A stretch of DNA of 32,000 nucleotides from Trichodesmium erythraeum IMS101. GTDB lineage: Bacteria > Cyanobacteriota > Cyanobacteriia > Cyanobacteriales > Microcoleaceae. The position numbers and the translations under genes are program-made. The DNA is taken from assembly GCF_000014265.1 (NCBI RefSeq), contig NC_008312.1, forward strand, positions 300,001-332,000. The letters run 5' to 3'. The notes beneath the pieces were generated by a model that made no database searches, was not told the DNA's origin, and was given only the letters and a program-made list of their open reading frames with translations. Of this stretch, positions 1 to 10,508 are shown piece after piece. Position 1 is the stretch's first letter. Every line of letters starts with the position of its first letter.

Positions 1-1
1 T

Positions 2-574
2 TCTAATCAAGAAAAATATGAGCAAATGTTGCGAAGGTGCCGGCGGGATATGCAAATTATTTTTCAAGATCCTTTTGGTTCACTTGATCCTCGCTTAACA
101 GTTGGCGCAGCTGTGATGGAACCAATGTTAATTCACAGTGTAGGTAATAGTTTTAAAGTGAGGCGCGATCGCGCAGCACATTTATTAGAAAGGGTGGGAT
201 TAACTGCTGACTCCTTAAGTCGCTATCCTTATGCTTTTTCTGGGGGTCAGCGCCAACGGATTTGTATTGCCCGTGCTTTGGCATTGAATCCTAAGTTAAT
301 TATCTGTGATGAGTCCGTTTCAGCCTTAGACGTTTCAGTACAGGCACAAGTTCTGAACCTATTAAAAGAATTACAGGATGAGTTTGGGTTGACATACATT
401 TTTATTTCCCATGATTTGAGTGTTGTGAAATTTATGAGCGATCGGATAATGGTAATGAAACAAGGCAAAATTGAAGAAATTGGTCTTGCCGAACAAGTTT
501 ATGATCAACCGCAACGGGAATATACACGCCAACTTATTGCTTCTATTCCTATGGGAAAGACTTATACCAATTAA
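2..574 (+). CDS. ABC transporter ATP-binding protein, oligopeptide/dipeptide type (OppF/DppF-like); N-terminus lies upstream of the window
   Basis: The frame is open from nt 2 (SNQEKYEQ precedes the listed Met at 26). The translation has IFQDP..SLDP, ABC signature FSGGQRQR, Walker B LIICDESVSALD, H-loop FISHD and the oligopeptide-type C-terminal tail QPQREYTRQLIASIP. Stop TAA at 572-574. Confidence 0.9.
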   Translation, partial: SNQEKYEQMLRRCRRDMQIIFQDPFGSLDPRLTVGAAVMEPMLIHSVGNSFKVRRDRAAHLLERVGLTADSLSRYPYAFSGGQRQRICIARALALNPKLIICDESVSALDVSVQAQVLNLLKELQDEFGLTYIFISHDLSVVKFMSDRIMVMKQGKIEEIGLAEQVYDQPQREYTRQLIASIPMGKTYTN

Positions 575-656
575 CATATCGCCTATAAGAATAGATAGGA
601 CTTACCTACGCCAACCCTCAGTTTCTGGGATAAATGTTTGTTTTTCACAAAAAACA

Positions 657-695
657 CCTAGAAAAAAAACTTCGTTTCTAGGTTTACCTTTTTTG
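657..695 (+). terminator. Candidate intrinsic terminator downstream of the ABC ATPase gene
   Basis: Perfect 8-bp stem CCTAGAAA (657-664) / TTTCTAGG (675-682) with a 10-nt loop, followed by the T-rich tail TTTACCTTTTTTG. It lies about 80 nt after the stop codon. Confidence 0.45.
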
Positions 696-2260
696 TTTCC
701 TTTTCCAAATGGAGACCAGGTAGATTTTGGTTTAGTAAATTGATTCATTCAGTTAAAGAAACCATGAAGCAACATAGTTCACATCTCTCAAAATAATCCA
801 TAGTCATCATTTCTGATGACTCACAATTTTTGATTAGGTTATACCACTTTCCTAAAATCAAACTACACATAGTAGACTTGTTGGGAATTAAGGAAAAAAA
901 TGGCTAAAACCCTTATCCTTTCAAGTTTATAGTGCTTTGACATATCTAAAATCATAAAAACTTTATATATTAACCTTTTGAGCACTTCAAATTTTCTCAC
1001 ACCAAAAAACTCTAATACTTATTGAAGAAAATTATACTCGGTTACAGAAGTGATATATTTTTGACTAAATCTACCTAATAGTTGTTGTGAAAGAGGGTAA
1101 AACGACTCAAAAATTGCTAAATATGAACGAGTCTTAAAACAAAATAGTTTCAAAATCATTAACACCTATTAAACCATAAAGTACTTGAATTCAAGGATTA
1201 AAGTCTTTTCATCAGATATATTAGTAAATATTATTCAAAAAACATCATTAAAGGTTTGTGGGAAGAGGTATTTTAGCTCAGTTACACACTAGTAAAGATA
1301 GATTATTCTACATTATCTTTTAATTTAAACATTACCCAACCTTGCTTTGAGTCAACAGAATCTGAAGTGTTACTGGGAAAAATTAAGAAATCACACAAAG
1401 GTATTTCACTAATCTTTAATTCCTCACAAAAAGCTCAGGTTAAAACTAGTTAAAATAAGATAAAAGCTAAGAAAAGTAAAAAAAAATCTTAGAAAAAATG
1501 TAAGGTTAGTGGGTAATTTTTGCATCAAAAAAAAGGGTTTTTGATGATTATTTAAATCTTAATAATAAGGAGTATATTATTAGTTTAATGCTTTAGAAAT
1601 ACAAAAATTTAGGTAAATAATATGAATAAAAAAAGCTAAGAAAAAGAAAAATTAAAAATTGTATATCTGGGGTAAAAATGATTTATATGACTTAAATAGA
1701 GTAAAGTTTAGTACAACTCCTAGGGTAATAAATGCCAGACTATATTTTGAAAAATACTCAAAGATTCCCAGTCGCCATAAATCTCCCAAGCTATATGAAT
1801 GTTAATATAATCATGGATCTCCTCCCAAATAATCATCGAAAGTTATGTTTCAACTGCGAAAATTAATTCTAGAGAAATTATTTTTTGTATAAAGACTTTT
1901 TTTATACTGTAAATAAATCTACAGTGATTATTTTATATAAATCATTTATCCACATAAATAATGAGAATTTTTATCAATTGGAAGAGTGCTTATTTCAGCA
2001 AACTACTATTTTTGAAGTATCTACTTATTATCCACAGTTGAATTTGAGATAAATTTGTAAAAATTTTGAGTTGAATAATTGGAAACCGTAGTGCTGAAAA
2101 CTTTATTTAGCTCCGGCAAATATACCCTTGTTAGCCATACTATTTTTTGGTCAGTGATGGAAATCAAGTCAATGAGTATCTATTCCTAAACAAGGCCAGA
2201 TTGTTAATAATACCAATTATCAAAAATTTTACTATACTTATTTTTTTAATTTTTAAATAC

Positions 2261-3377
2261 TATAGCAATCCCATATTGGTCGCAACAGATATAATAGTAA
2301 GAATAACAGATCTAAGAAAAAGACAAAAAATGAATATTATAGATAAACTAAATGATTTTATTAATCAAACAAAAGAGTCTAAAGAAATTAAAAGGGCCTT
2401 GGCCGTAAAAATGACCTTGTCAGGAAAATCCTACCATGAAGTCAAAGAATTATTAAATGTTTCTCACAGTTTTATTAGTGAATGGAAAAACCAAGCATTA
2501 TTTCATGGTGTAGAAAGTTTAAGGCTTCAGTATCAAGGGAGACAAGGTTACTTAAAAACGGTCGAAAAAGAGAAAACAATTGAGTGGTTGAGAGCACAAG
2601 ATTATCTTAGGTTATCAGATTTAAAAAACTACTTACAGGAGCAATATGATGTGGTTTTTGAGTCTAATCAAAGTTACTATAACTTGTTTAAAGAAGCGGG
2701 CATAAGTTGGAAAAAAACTCAAAAAAAGAATCCTGCTAAAAATGATGAATTAGTAGAAGTTAAAAGAAAAGAAATAGAGGAATTTTTAGCTAAATGGCAA
2801 CCAGAAATAGAAACTGGAAAGCTTACAGTGTTTATGATTGATGAATGTCATCTTCTATGGGGAGACATATTAGGTTATGCTTGGGGAAAAACAGATGAAA
2901 GAATAGAAATTGCAATTAAAAATGAAAAAGAAAGACAGACTTATTATGGAGCTTTAGACTATAAAACCAAGGAATTTCTTGTGCAAGAATATGAGAGTGG
3001 AAATACTAAAAATACTATTGAATTTATTAAATATTTGCAGAAGCAAAGACCGGGCAACAAATTGGCAATATTTTGGGATGGGGCAACTTACCATAACTCT
3101 CAAGAATTTCGAGAATATTTAATGACAATTAATCAATACTTATCAGAAGAAGAATTGTTGATAAATTGTACAAGATTTGCTCCCAATGCTCCGGAGCAAA
3201 ATCCTGTTGAAGATATTTGGTTACAAACCAAAAATTTCAGTATTACTTTTTATCATCTTTGCAGTTCTTTTAAAGTAGTTAAGTGGCTATTTAAGTTTTT
3301 TGCGGATGGTCAAATATTCAATTTCCCAAAACTTTTTCAGTATGAAATTTTGCCGCAACCTACTTAGGATTGCTATA
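2261..3377 (+). mobile_element. IS630-family insertion sequence, copy 1 (1,117 bp including flanking TA dinucleotides)
   Basis: Identical at every position compared to 9132-10248. Ends read TA|TAGCAATCC... and ...GGATTGCTA|TA, a perfect 9-nt terminal inverted repeat extending imperfectly to about 27 nt. TA on both sides fits the IS630/Tc1-mariner TA target duplication. Contains a single DDE transposase ORF. Confidence 0.9.
2330..3367 (+). CDS. IS630-family DDE transposase (345 aa)
   Basis: The ATG at 2330 is the first Met inside the repeated element. There is an N-terminal HTH-like region. Candidate catalytic residues lie in FMIDECHLLWGD, IFWDGATYHNS and APNAPEQNPVEDIW (the PExNP motif typical of IS630). 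The listed ORF start at 2147 runs into unique flanking DNA and is not part of the element. Confidence 0.9.
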   Translation: MNIIDKLNDFINQTKESKEIKRALAVKMTLSGKSYHEVKELLNVSHSFISEWKNQALFHGVESLRLQYQGRQGYLKTVEKEKTIEWLRAQDYLRLSDLKNYLQEQYDVVFESNQSYYNLFKEAGISWKKTQKKNPAKNDELVEVKRKEIEEFLAKWQPEIETGKLTVFMIDECHLLWGDILGYAWGKTDERIEIAIKNEKERQTYYGALDYKTKEFLVQEYESGNTKNTIEFIKYLQKQRPGNKLAIFWDGATYHNSQEFREYLMTINQYLSEEELLINCTRFAPNAPEQNPVEDIWLQTKNFSITFYHLCSSFKVVKWLFKFFADGQIFNFPKLFQYEILPQPT

Positions 3378-3485
3378 TTTATTGATGTAATTTTATTTTT
3401 AACTAACTTCTGTTATTTCTCTAGTCCTAGTTGACTACCTTTTAAAAATAGTATTATTTTCTAGAAATAGTATAAAAACTACATG

Positions 3486-3608
3486 ATGAGGGCAAAATGA
3501 GAAAACACTCATTGAGGAAACTACTGAGTTTTACTGTCGCGAAAATATGAGGGCAAAATGAGAAAACACTCATTGAGGAAACTACTGAGTTTTACTGTCG
3601 CGAAAAAT
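3486..3608. repeat. Perfect tandem duplication, 2 x 61 bp
   Basis: The unit ATGAGGGCAAAATGAGAAAACACTCATTGAGGAAACTACTGAGTTTTACTGTCGCGAAAAT occupies 3486-3546 and repeats at 3547-3606, diverging only at the last base. Each unit holds a small hairpin AATGAG-aaaaca-CTCATT (first copy 3496-3513). Confidence 0.95.
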
Positions 3609-4604
3609 CGTCGCGCTACTCACATATACGGAGATACCAAAGCATTCCATCAGACTTTTAATTCATTATCTCAAATTTAGAAATTTACCTGTTGCTATCT
3701 AATTCATCTTTGAATTTCGCCCTCTAAATTGAAATTGCTGACAACGACCAAAAACTAAGCAAAAACCAGCTAGCAGGAAAGGTGGAATCTAGTAGTACGA
3801 ATGGCGAAACCTTAAACTTATATCTAGTATTAGGTCGCCCTATAAGGATCACAACCCTCATGTACAGTGAGTGAAGGAGAGATCAGAGGCGGAATATTAC
3901 CCGTCGAGTTTATGAAGAGTATAAATATGTTTGGGTAAGAATCAGAAATACTGAGTCAGGAGGCACTGGAATTATGGAAAAGATAGGAGTAACGGAATTT
4001 TAGTGAAAAAATAGTCAAAAAAGGAGTAAAGTATATACATAGTAAGTATTTTATGTTAATTACTACAGCGACGAAAGTACAATTAAAGAGACAACTCCAG
4101 TGGCTATACTATACCAACTTGTTTCCATAGATATTATGATCCCTTTAATGATGTTTTTAAGGTCTCGCCGAGTAACAAACTGGTTGAAAGCTATATGTGG
4201 AGATGGATTGAATTTCGGGGCATGAGCAAAAATTACTCATCATAAGTCCTGTATGATTTAAGATTATAATATAATTCCAAGGTGTTCAGTAAGTTAGTGA
4301 AACCTCTAAATTACTCAACTTTCTTTATTGTTTTTATTAGAAGAACTTGAATCACTGTAAATATAGTAATATAATAGATTAGTAAGAATTAAGCAAAAAA
4401 AATGAAATGACTAAAACCGTTATCAGTTAAGCTTTAAGCTTGCTGTCAAGTATTAAAATTCTGAAAACCTAGAGTAGGCTTTTGAGAATTTCAAGTTTTC
4501 TATGGCCAAACAATCCTGATTGTATTAGGGTTTTTTGATTCTTACTTATTTACTTAAACCTATGCTATCATATAGGATTTTATTAACTGCAGGGAGCCAA
4601 CATT

Positions 4605-6062
4605 ATGGATGAAAATTATCTATCTTGGGAAAATAAAGTCAAATCTTTCTTTGACTGTGATGCACTAAATTTTCAGATTACAAATCGTTTCGGAGAGCAG
4701 ATTAAATACATTAACTTAGATAATGCTGCCACAACAACACCTTTAGCAGGAGTGAAACAATATGTTGACCATATGTTAAATGCTTATGGCAGTGTACACC
4801 GGGGAGCTGGCCAAAAATCCCAGATTTCAACTCAGAAGTACGATCAGAGTCGGGATATTATTCGTAAATTTGTAGGGGCTTCTCCAGAGAATTACGTAAT
4901 TTTTGCTCAAAATACTACAGGAGCAATTAATCAAGCAGCATCACTTTGGGCAAAACGACCAGGAAAAATTCTAGTCTCTGATATTGAACATTCTTCAAAT
5001 CTATTGCCTTGGCTGACATGCAATAATGTAACTCAATACCGCACTGCTCCAGATGGAACTATTAACCTGGCAGAAATTGAGAAAATTCTCAAGGAAAACA
5101 AAGAAAAACCTGCGGAAAAAAGAATTAAATTAGTTACAATTACAGGAGCTTCTACTATTACAGGATATAAACCACCGATTTATGAAATTGCCAAGTTAGC
5201 CCACAATTACGGAGCGAAAATTTTCGCTGATCTGTGTCAGCTTATTCAGCATGAGTGTGTTGAAATGCTTCCCGATGCTGACCCATGTCATTTGGACTTT
5301 GTAGCCTTCTCTGGACACAAAATGTATGCACCTTATGGTACAGGGGTTTTAATTGGGCCAAAAGAGTTTTTTGATCGTGATTTTCCTTATCAAATAGGTG
5401 GTGGAAATTTACCCTATATTACTAAAAAACTAGAAATTAAGAGATTTTATACTGAGCGGGCGCATGACCCTGGAACTCCAAATGCTATGGGAGCAATTGC
5501 TATTGCACAAGCTATTGAAGTTCTTGAGAAGATAGGAAGAGAAAAAATTGCTGAGTATGAACATTTTCTGGTGGATTATACATTTCAAAAACTACAAAAT
5601 ATTCCAGGTGTTATACTTTATATATCGGGAAGTTCCCTAGCTCATGTAATTCCTTTCGACTTGGAAGGTTTTGATGGATACTTAGTTGCAGAAATTCTAG
5701 CTCAAGAATATGGCATTGGTCTACGTTCAGGGGCTTTCTGCACATACGAATATATCCGAAAATTAAAAAATATTTCCGACCAAAAAGATCAAGAAATAGC
5801 TCAAGAAGTTGAAAGGGGAATTACATGCAATATTCCTACTATCATCCGCGCTAGCTTTGCAGTCTATAATACTCTGGCAGACTGCAATAGCTTTGTTGAA
5901 GCTATTTCTCAAATTACTGCCAATGGATTTAAGCACTATCTGTCTGACTACGAAAAAAATGAGATAACAGGTGTTTGGAAACTCAAAGAAAATACTCCTA
6001 TCTCAATTGCTAGAAAACAGATAAATAGAGGCCAAACACTTTTAGGAACATGCATAGAGTAA
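4605..6062 (+). CDS. Aminotransferase class V-fold PLP-dependent enzyme (cysteine desulfurase/SufS-CsdA-like family), 485 aa
   Basis: Motifs seen: LDNAATT near the N-terminus, DIEHSSNLLPW, and the PLP-lysine context FSGHKMYAPYGTGVLIG. GGGAG lies 8 nt upstream of the ATG. It is longer than typical family members, with extra N- and C-terminal segments. Confidence 0.85.
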   Translation: MDENYLSWENKVKSFFDCDALNFQITNRFGEQIKYINLDNAATTTPLAGVKQYVDHMLNAYGSVHRGAGQKSQISTQKYDQSRDIIRKFVGASPENYVIFAQNTTGAINQAASLWAKRPGKILVSDIEHSSNLLPWLTCNNVTQYRTAPDGTINLAEIEKILKENKEKPAEKRIKLVTITGASTITGYKPPIYEIAKLAHNYGAKIFADLCQLIQHECVEMLPDADPCHLDFVAFSGHKMYAPYGTGVLIGPKEFFDRDFPYQIGGGNLPYITKKLEIKRFYTERAHDPGTPNAMGAIAIAQAIEVLEKIGREKIAEYEHFLVDYTFQKLQNIPGVILYISGSSLAHVIPFDLEGFDGYLVAEILAQEYGIGLRSGAFCTYEYIRKLKNISDQKDQEIAQEVERGITCNIPTIIRASFAVYNTLADCNSFVEAISQITANGFKHYLSDYEKNEITGVWKLKENTPISIARKQINRGQTLLGTCIE

Positions 6063-6603
6063 ATTAAAATACATTGTGAGTTATGGGAAAGTTTGATAAG
6101 CTAAAAACAACTTTAACCAAATTTATATAAATAATTTGTGCTACTTAGCTCTTGAACTTTTTCTCTTTTAAGGTTTGAAATACTTTTTGAAGTCGGTGTT
6201 TTTTTGACTTAACCCTAAGTGATTTTTCAACTATCAAGGATAACTTTACTAAATATGTTTATTCAAAAAATACTCACAAAATCTAAACCTTTTGGTGCTC
6301 TATTGTCATAGAGTTGTTTGGTTTTGGAAAAATCAAAGTTATTAAAAGCTTACTATATATAATATATAAGTTTTTGATAACTTTAAGGATAAAAAGCACC
6401 TTTCAACCCGGATTTGTTTTGGGTTTTAGCTATTGTTTTGTCTTAATTATAAACAACTTTAATAATGACCTATTGTAGTTATTTTATTAAGGGAAGCGAC
6501 ACAGCAATGTATTATGCTACGCTTACTTTGGCGTTTTCTATACCTATCTACTATTACGGGAGCATGACAACCAAAAATCTAAAATATTAATTAAAAAAAA
6601 ATT

Positions 6604-7140
6604 ATGAGCCTATCCAAAGATGTGACAAAGTCTATTTCTGAGCTTGATATTCCCTTAGACCGAGATGTGTTTTTACGAACTTTAATTCGAAAACTATCAG
6701 GAACATTAGAGAAAATTGTCGGTTTGGAAGAAGCATCAGGTTTTATTAGTATTGTTGGTCAAACTATAGGAGATGAACTTAACTCCGATTACAAAGAAGC
6801 ACTGAAAGTATCTCAGTTGTCTAGACAAGAAGTGGCTCAAGTGTTAGTTGATTTAAAAAGAAGAATTAAGGGAGAGTTTTACATAATTGAGGAAAATGAT
6901 GAAAAGATTGTTTTTGGGAACCACAATTGTCCATTTTCTGAACAGGTAATTGGTCGTCCCTCTGTATGTATGATGACCTCCAATGTTTTTGGCTCAATTG
7001 TGGCTGATAACTTGGGGTATGGAAAAGTTGAACTGCAACAAACAATTGCAGAGGGTGCTTCTGGCTGTCGGGTAGTGGTTTATTTAGAACTAACAGAAGA
7101 TGCAGAAGAAGCTGAGGGGAGAGAGTATTTCAAATCCTAA
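6604..7140 (+). CDS. Methanogen-output-domain-1 (MOD1)/V4R-like small protein, 178 aa
   Basis: The C-terminal half has the cysteine pattern NCPF..x..[15 protein letters not shown]..x..[14 protein letters not shown], which I recognise from V4R/MOD1-type ligand-binding domains. The family assignment is from memory, not from a search. The stop is 12-21 nt before the kinase start. Confidence 0.65.
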   Translation: MSLSKDVTKSISELDIPLDRDVFLRTLIRKLSGTLEKIVGLEEASGFISIVGQTIGDELNSDYKEALKVSQLSRQEVAQVLVDLKRRIKGEFYIIEENDEKIVFGNHNCPFSEQVIGRPSVCMMTSNVFGSIVADNLGYGKVELQQTIAEGASGCRVVVYLELTEDAEEAEGREYFKS

Positions 7141-7161
7141 TGTAATTTTAAGGTGTTAAAA

Positions 7162-8481
7162 ATGACTCCGGAACAGTTTATCGAATTAGCGAGGGTCTTG
7201 CCTGAACCCTCTTTATTCCTTACTCAAAAAGGGGAAATATTGGCCATGAATAAGTTAGCGTCTTCAATCTTTGGCTATCGGAGTAAAGACTTACAAGGGC
7301 AACAAATATATGATTTTGTCAAAGAATCTGAAAATATTGTTACTGAATATTTACAAGCTTGTTCCAGGAATCGGAAAATGGTTATAGGTTCTTTAACAAT
7401 TTGCACCGCTGATGGAGCAAACGTTGTTTGTCGTTCTCGAGGGGCAGTTGTTGAACCAGCTTCTTCTGGGTTACCAGCTAAAATTTTTTTACGTTTAGAA
7501 AAAAATAATAATGCCAATAATAACTTTATTATACTCAATCAAAAAATTGAACAATTAAAGTCAGAAATTGGGCATCGTCGCAAAGCCGAACATCAGTTGA
7601 AGGACACTTTGAATAAGCTACAAAAAACTCAAATTCAATTGATACACCAAGAAAAACTTTCTGCTTTAGGTCAAATGGCGGCTGGTATTGCCCATGAAAT
7701 CAATAACCCAGTAAGCTTTATTCATGGAAATATTTTACCCGCTAAAGAATATGCTGAAGATTTGTTAAGATTAATTCGATTATATCAGAAACACTATCCT
7801 AACCCAGTACCAGAAATTCAAGAAGAAATTGATGAAATTGATTTAGATTTCCTCGTAGAAGACTTGACAAAATTGCTGAAATCAATGAGTTTTGGAACAA
7901 CAAGAATCTGTGAAATTGTCAAGTCCATGCGAACCTTTACCCGTTTAGATGAAGCTGAAATTAAACAAGTGAATATTCACGATGGTATAGATAGTACATT
8001 AATGATTCTTCAACATCGTTTGAAAGAGATGTCTAATTTACCACAAATTCAAGTTTTGAAAAACTATGAGGAAATACCTCAAATAGAATGCTATTCGGGA
8101 CAACTTAACCAAGTTTTTATGAATATTTTCAGCAACTCTATTGATGCATTACAAGAATGTTATGAGCAAAAAAGTATTCAAGAGATTAATGAAAATCCAC
8201 CTCAAATTAGAATTCAAACAGCAGTGTTAAATCATGATTGGGTTACTATCCGAATTGCGGATAATGGCACAGGAATAAATGAAGAAGTCAAGTTAAAACT
8301 GTTTGATCCTTTTTTTACCACTAAAGATATTGGCAAAGGAACAGGATTAGGTTTATCAATTAGTTATGGAATTATTGTAGAAAAACATGGTGGCAATATA
8401 TTCTGTAATTCAGAAGTGGGGAAAGGGACAGAATTTGTTATTCAAATCCCCATCCAACTATCAATGATTCAAGCTGCATAG
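7162..8481 (+). CDS. PAS-domain sensor histidine kinase (no cognate response regulator in the window)
   Basis: Domain order: N-terminal PAS-like region, coiled-coil linker, H-box [15 protein letters not shown]-box [14 protein letters not shown]1 IADNGTGI, F-box [10 protein letters not shown]2 [13 protein letters not shown] lies 9 nt before the ATG at 7162. The GTG at 7153 (ORF-track start) is an alternative start. Confidence 0.9.
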   Translation: MTPEQFIELARVLPEPSLFLTQKGEILAMNKLASSIFGYRSKDLQGQQIYDFVKESENIVTEYLQACSRNRKMVIGSLTICTADGANVVCRSRGAVVEPASSGLPAKIFLRLEKNNNANNNFIILNQKIEQLKSEIGHRRKAEHQLKDTLNKLQKTQIQLIHQEKLSALGQMAAGIAHEINNPVSFIHGNILPAKEYAEDLLRLIRLYQKHYPNPVPEIQEEIDEIDLDFLVEDLTKLLKSMSFGTTRICEIVKSMRTFTRLDEAEIKQVNIHDGIDSTLMILQHRLKEMSNLPQIQVLKNYEEIPQIECYSGQLNQVFMNIFSNSIDALQECYEQKSIQEINENPPQIRIQTAVLNHDWVTIRIADNGTGINEEVKLKLFDPFFTTKDIGKGTGLGLSISYGIIVEKHGGNIFCNSEVGKGTEFVIQIPIQLSMIQAA

Positions 8482-9131
8482 TACCAATTTACAATTCACA
8501 TTAAGAGTAGGTACACAAATTTAATTACATATTTTGTCAAGCTGAATTTATTATACTGCATGTTTTACATACATAAAATTAGGTAATGCCTGCAATGAGC
8601 GTTTAAATGCTAATGACATCCAAAATATTAAATATTATTACTATGGTTTAACCTTCTGAGGTTACCCTTAAAATCTTTTCCCTAATTGTATAATTATAAT
8701 GCCTAATTTTATTGTTATGTTTTGGACAAAAAATATCAACTAATAGTTCATCTATGTAGTGCTTATGCAAAATTAATTCCTGATCTTATTAATAGTAATT
8801 AATAACTTTTCACTAACAATCACTCTCTAGCAGCAAGCTTCCCATCATAAATCTATATTAGCTGATTCCGGAGTGCTAGTCAGGGAAAAGATAATAGATA
8901 AAAAAAAGATGAGATATAAGTATTCATTGGAACGAGAAAGATTGGGGGTATTATATCAAGTCTCATTAATTAGCTATAAGAGATAATAAAAATATTTTAA
9001 TCACATCAATTGCTCCCAATTCCTAATCTCTTAATTGTTATTCTATTTCCTCAGTTATTACTCAAGTTTTTCCGTTACTAGTTTTGAGGGTTAATAATTG
9101 ACTTAACTCTCGTATTCAATCTTGACATAAC

Positions 9132-10248
9132 TATAGCAATCCCATATTGGTCGCAACAGATATAATAGTAAGAATAACAGATCTAAGAAAAAGACAAAAA
9201 ATGAATATTATAGATAAACTAAATGATTTTATTAATCAAACAAAAGAGTCTAAAGAAATTAAAAGGGCCTTGGCCGTAAAAATGACCTTGTCAGGAAAAT
9301 CCTACCATGAAGTCAAAGAATTATTAAATGTTTCTCACAGTTTTATTAGTGAATGGAAAAACCAAGCATTATTTCATGGTGTAGAAAGTTTAAGGCTTCA
9401 GTATCAAGGGAGACAAGGTTACTTAAAAACGGTCGAAAAAGAGAAAACAATTGAGTGGTTGAGAGCACAAGATTATCTTAGGTTATCAGATTTAAAAAAC
9501 TACTTACAGGAGCAATATGATGTGGTTTTTGAGTCTAATCAAAGTTACTATAACTTGTTTAAAGAAGCGGGCATAAGTTGGAAAAAAACTCAAAAAAAGA
9601 ATCCTGCTAAAAATGATGAATTAGTAGAAGTTAAAAGAAAAGAAATAGAGGAATTTTTAGCTAAATGGCAACCAGAAATAGAAACTGGAAAGCTTACAGT
9701 GTTTATGATTGATGAATGTCATCTTCTATGGGGAGACATATTAGGTTATGCTTGGGGAAAAACAGATGAAAGAATAGAAATTGCAATTAAAAATGAAAAA
9801 GAAAGACAGACTTATTATGGAGCTTTAGACTATAAAACCAAGGAATTTCTTGTGCAAGAATATGAGAGTGGAAATACTAAAAATACTATTGAATTTATTA
9901 AATATTTGCAGAAGCAAAGACCGGGCAACAAATTGGCAATATTTTGGGATGGGGCAACTTACCATAACTCTCAAGAATTTCGAGAATATTTAATGACAAT
10001 TAATCAATACTTATCAGAAGAAGAATTGTTGATAAATTGTACAAGATTTGCTCCCAATGCTCCGGAGCAAAATCCTGTTGAAGATATTTGGTTACAAACC
10101 AAAAATTTCAGTATTACTTTTTATCATCTTTGCAGTTCTTTTAAAGTAGTTAAGTGGCTATTTAAGTTTTTTGCGGATGGTCAAATATTCAATTTCCCAA
10201 AACTTTTTCAGTATGAAATTTTGCCGCAACCTACTTAGGATTGCTATA
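9132..10248 (+). mobile_element. IS630-family insertion sequence, copy 2 (identical to copy 1)
   Basis: Line-by-line comparison with 2261-3377 found no differences. It has the same TA-flanked ends (TA|TAGCAATCC ... GGATTGCTA|TA) and the same orientation as copy 1. Confidence 0.9.
9201..10238 (+). CDS. IS630-family DDE transposase (345 aa), identical to the 2330-3367 product
   Basis: Translation is identical to the copy 1 product. The ATG at 9201 corresponds to 2330. Confidence 0.9.
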   Translation: MNIIDKLNDFINQTKESKEIKRALAVKMTLSGKSYHEVKELLNVSHSFISEWKNQALFHGVESLRLQYQGRQGYLKTVEKEKTIEWLRAQDYLRLSDLKNYLQEQYDVVFESNQSYYNLFKEAGISWKKTQKKNPAKNDELVEVKRKEIEEFLAKWQPEIETGKLTVFMIDECHLLWGDILGYAWGKTDERIEIAIKNEKERQTYYGALDYKTKEFLVQEYESGNTKNTIEFIKYLQKQRPGNKLAIFWDGATYHNSQEFREYLMTINQYLSEEELLINCTRFAPNAPEQNPVEDIWLQTKNFSITFYHLCSSFKVVKWLFKFFADGQIFNFPKLFQYEILPQPT

Positions 10249-10301
10249 TATAGAAGCATTGATTCTATGTTTTCTGACCAATGAGGTTAAATGAATAATT
10301 C

Positions 10302-10508
10302 TCATAAGCTTGTTTCGTTTTGATCCAATAGATAACTTGTAATATCTTTTGCTTTTAAGGAATCAGAAAAAAACATTTTTTTAAATACATTTGCTCTTCC
10401 AAAATATCTATCTAAACAGTCAACATATACAGCAACTTCTATAGCTTCTATTTCCGGTAAGGTATACCAATTGTGGACATCTTCCCTGCAATACAATATT
10501 TTCACCAT
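10302..10508 (-). CDS. Hypothetical small protein (68 aa), doubtful
   Basis: This is the only ORF in this spacer. I recognise no motifs. AAGG lies only about 3 nt before the ATG. It could be a chance ORF in AT-rich DNA. Confidence 0.2.
   Translation of the reverse strand: MVKILYCREDVHNWYTLPEIEAIEVAVYVDCLDRYFGRANVFKKMFFSDSLKAKDITSYLLDQNETSL

Noticed and set aside
247-743. ORFs 247-468(-), 371-577(-) and 471-743(+)
   Set aside because: The first two are antisense or shadow frames of the well-supported ABC ATPase gene. The third overlaps its 3' end and the terminator hairpin, and its translation is low-complexity.
802-821. Perfect 8-bp hairpin AGTCATCA-tttc-TGATGACT in the 1.5-kb spacer as an ncRNA terminator
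   Set aside because: It is followed by CACAATTTTTG, which is only a weak T-tract. Nothing recognisable lies upstream. I noted it but it is not sufficient for a feature call.
2147-2329. The ORF-track transposase start at 2147, 61 codons upstream of the ATG at 2330
   Set aside because: The extension runs out of the repeated element into unique flanking DNA (the element begins at 2261). The identical copy 2 has a different upstream extension. The first shared Met is 2330/9201.
3486-3608. Possible CRISPR array or minisatellite
   Set aside because: There are only two directly abutting 61-bp units with no spacers. No further copies and no cas genes occur in the window.
7275-7538. Antisense ORF inside the histidine kinase. 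Similar shadow ORFs occur at 13393-13646 (murG), 19060-19242 (cobL) and 24247-24945 (alternative frames of the membrane protein gene)
   Set aside because: Each lies entirely within a gene that has strong motif support in another frame or strand. None has recognisable motifs.
8573-8716. 11-nt inverted repeat ATAAAATTAGG about 100 nt apart downstream of the kinase gene; similarly AATTGTGATAA / TTATCACAAATT at 29607-29694
   Set aside because: Both are short, AT-rich and widely spaced, so chance occurrence in this composition is plausible. Neither matches a binding-site consensus I know (NtcA GTA-N8-TAC, CRP TGTGA-N6-TCACA).
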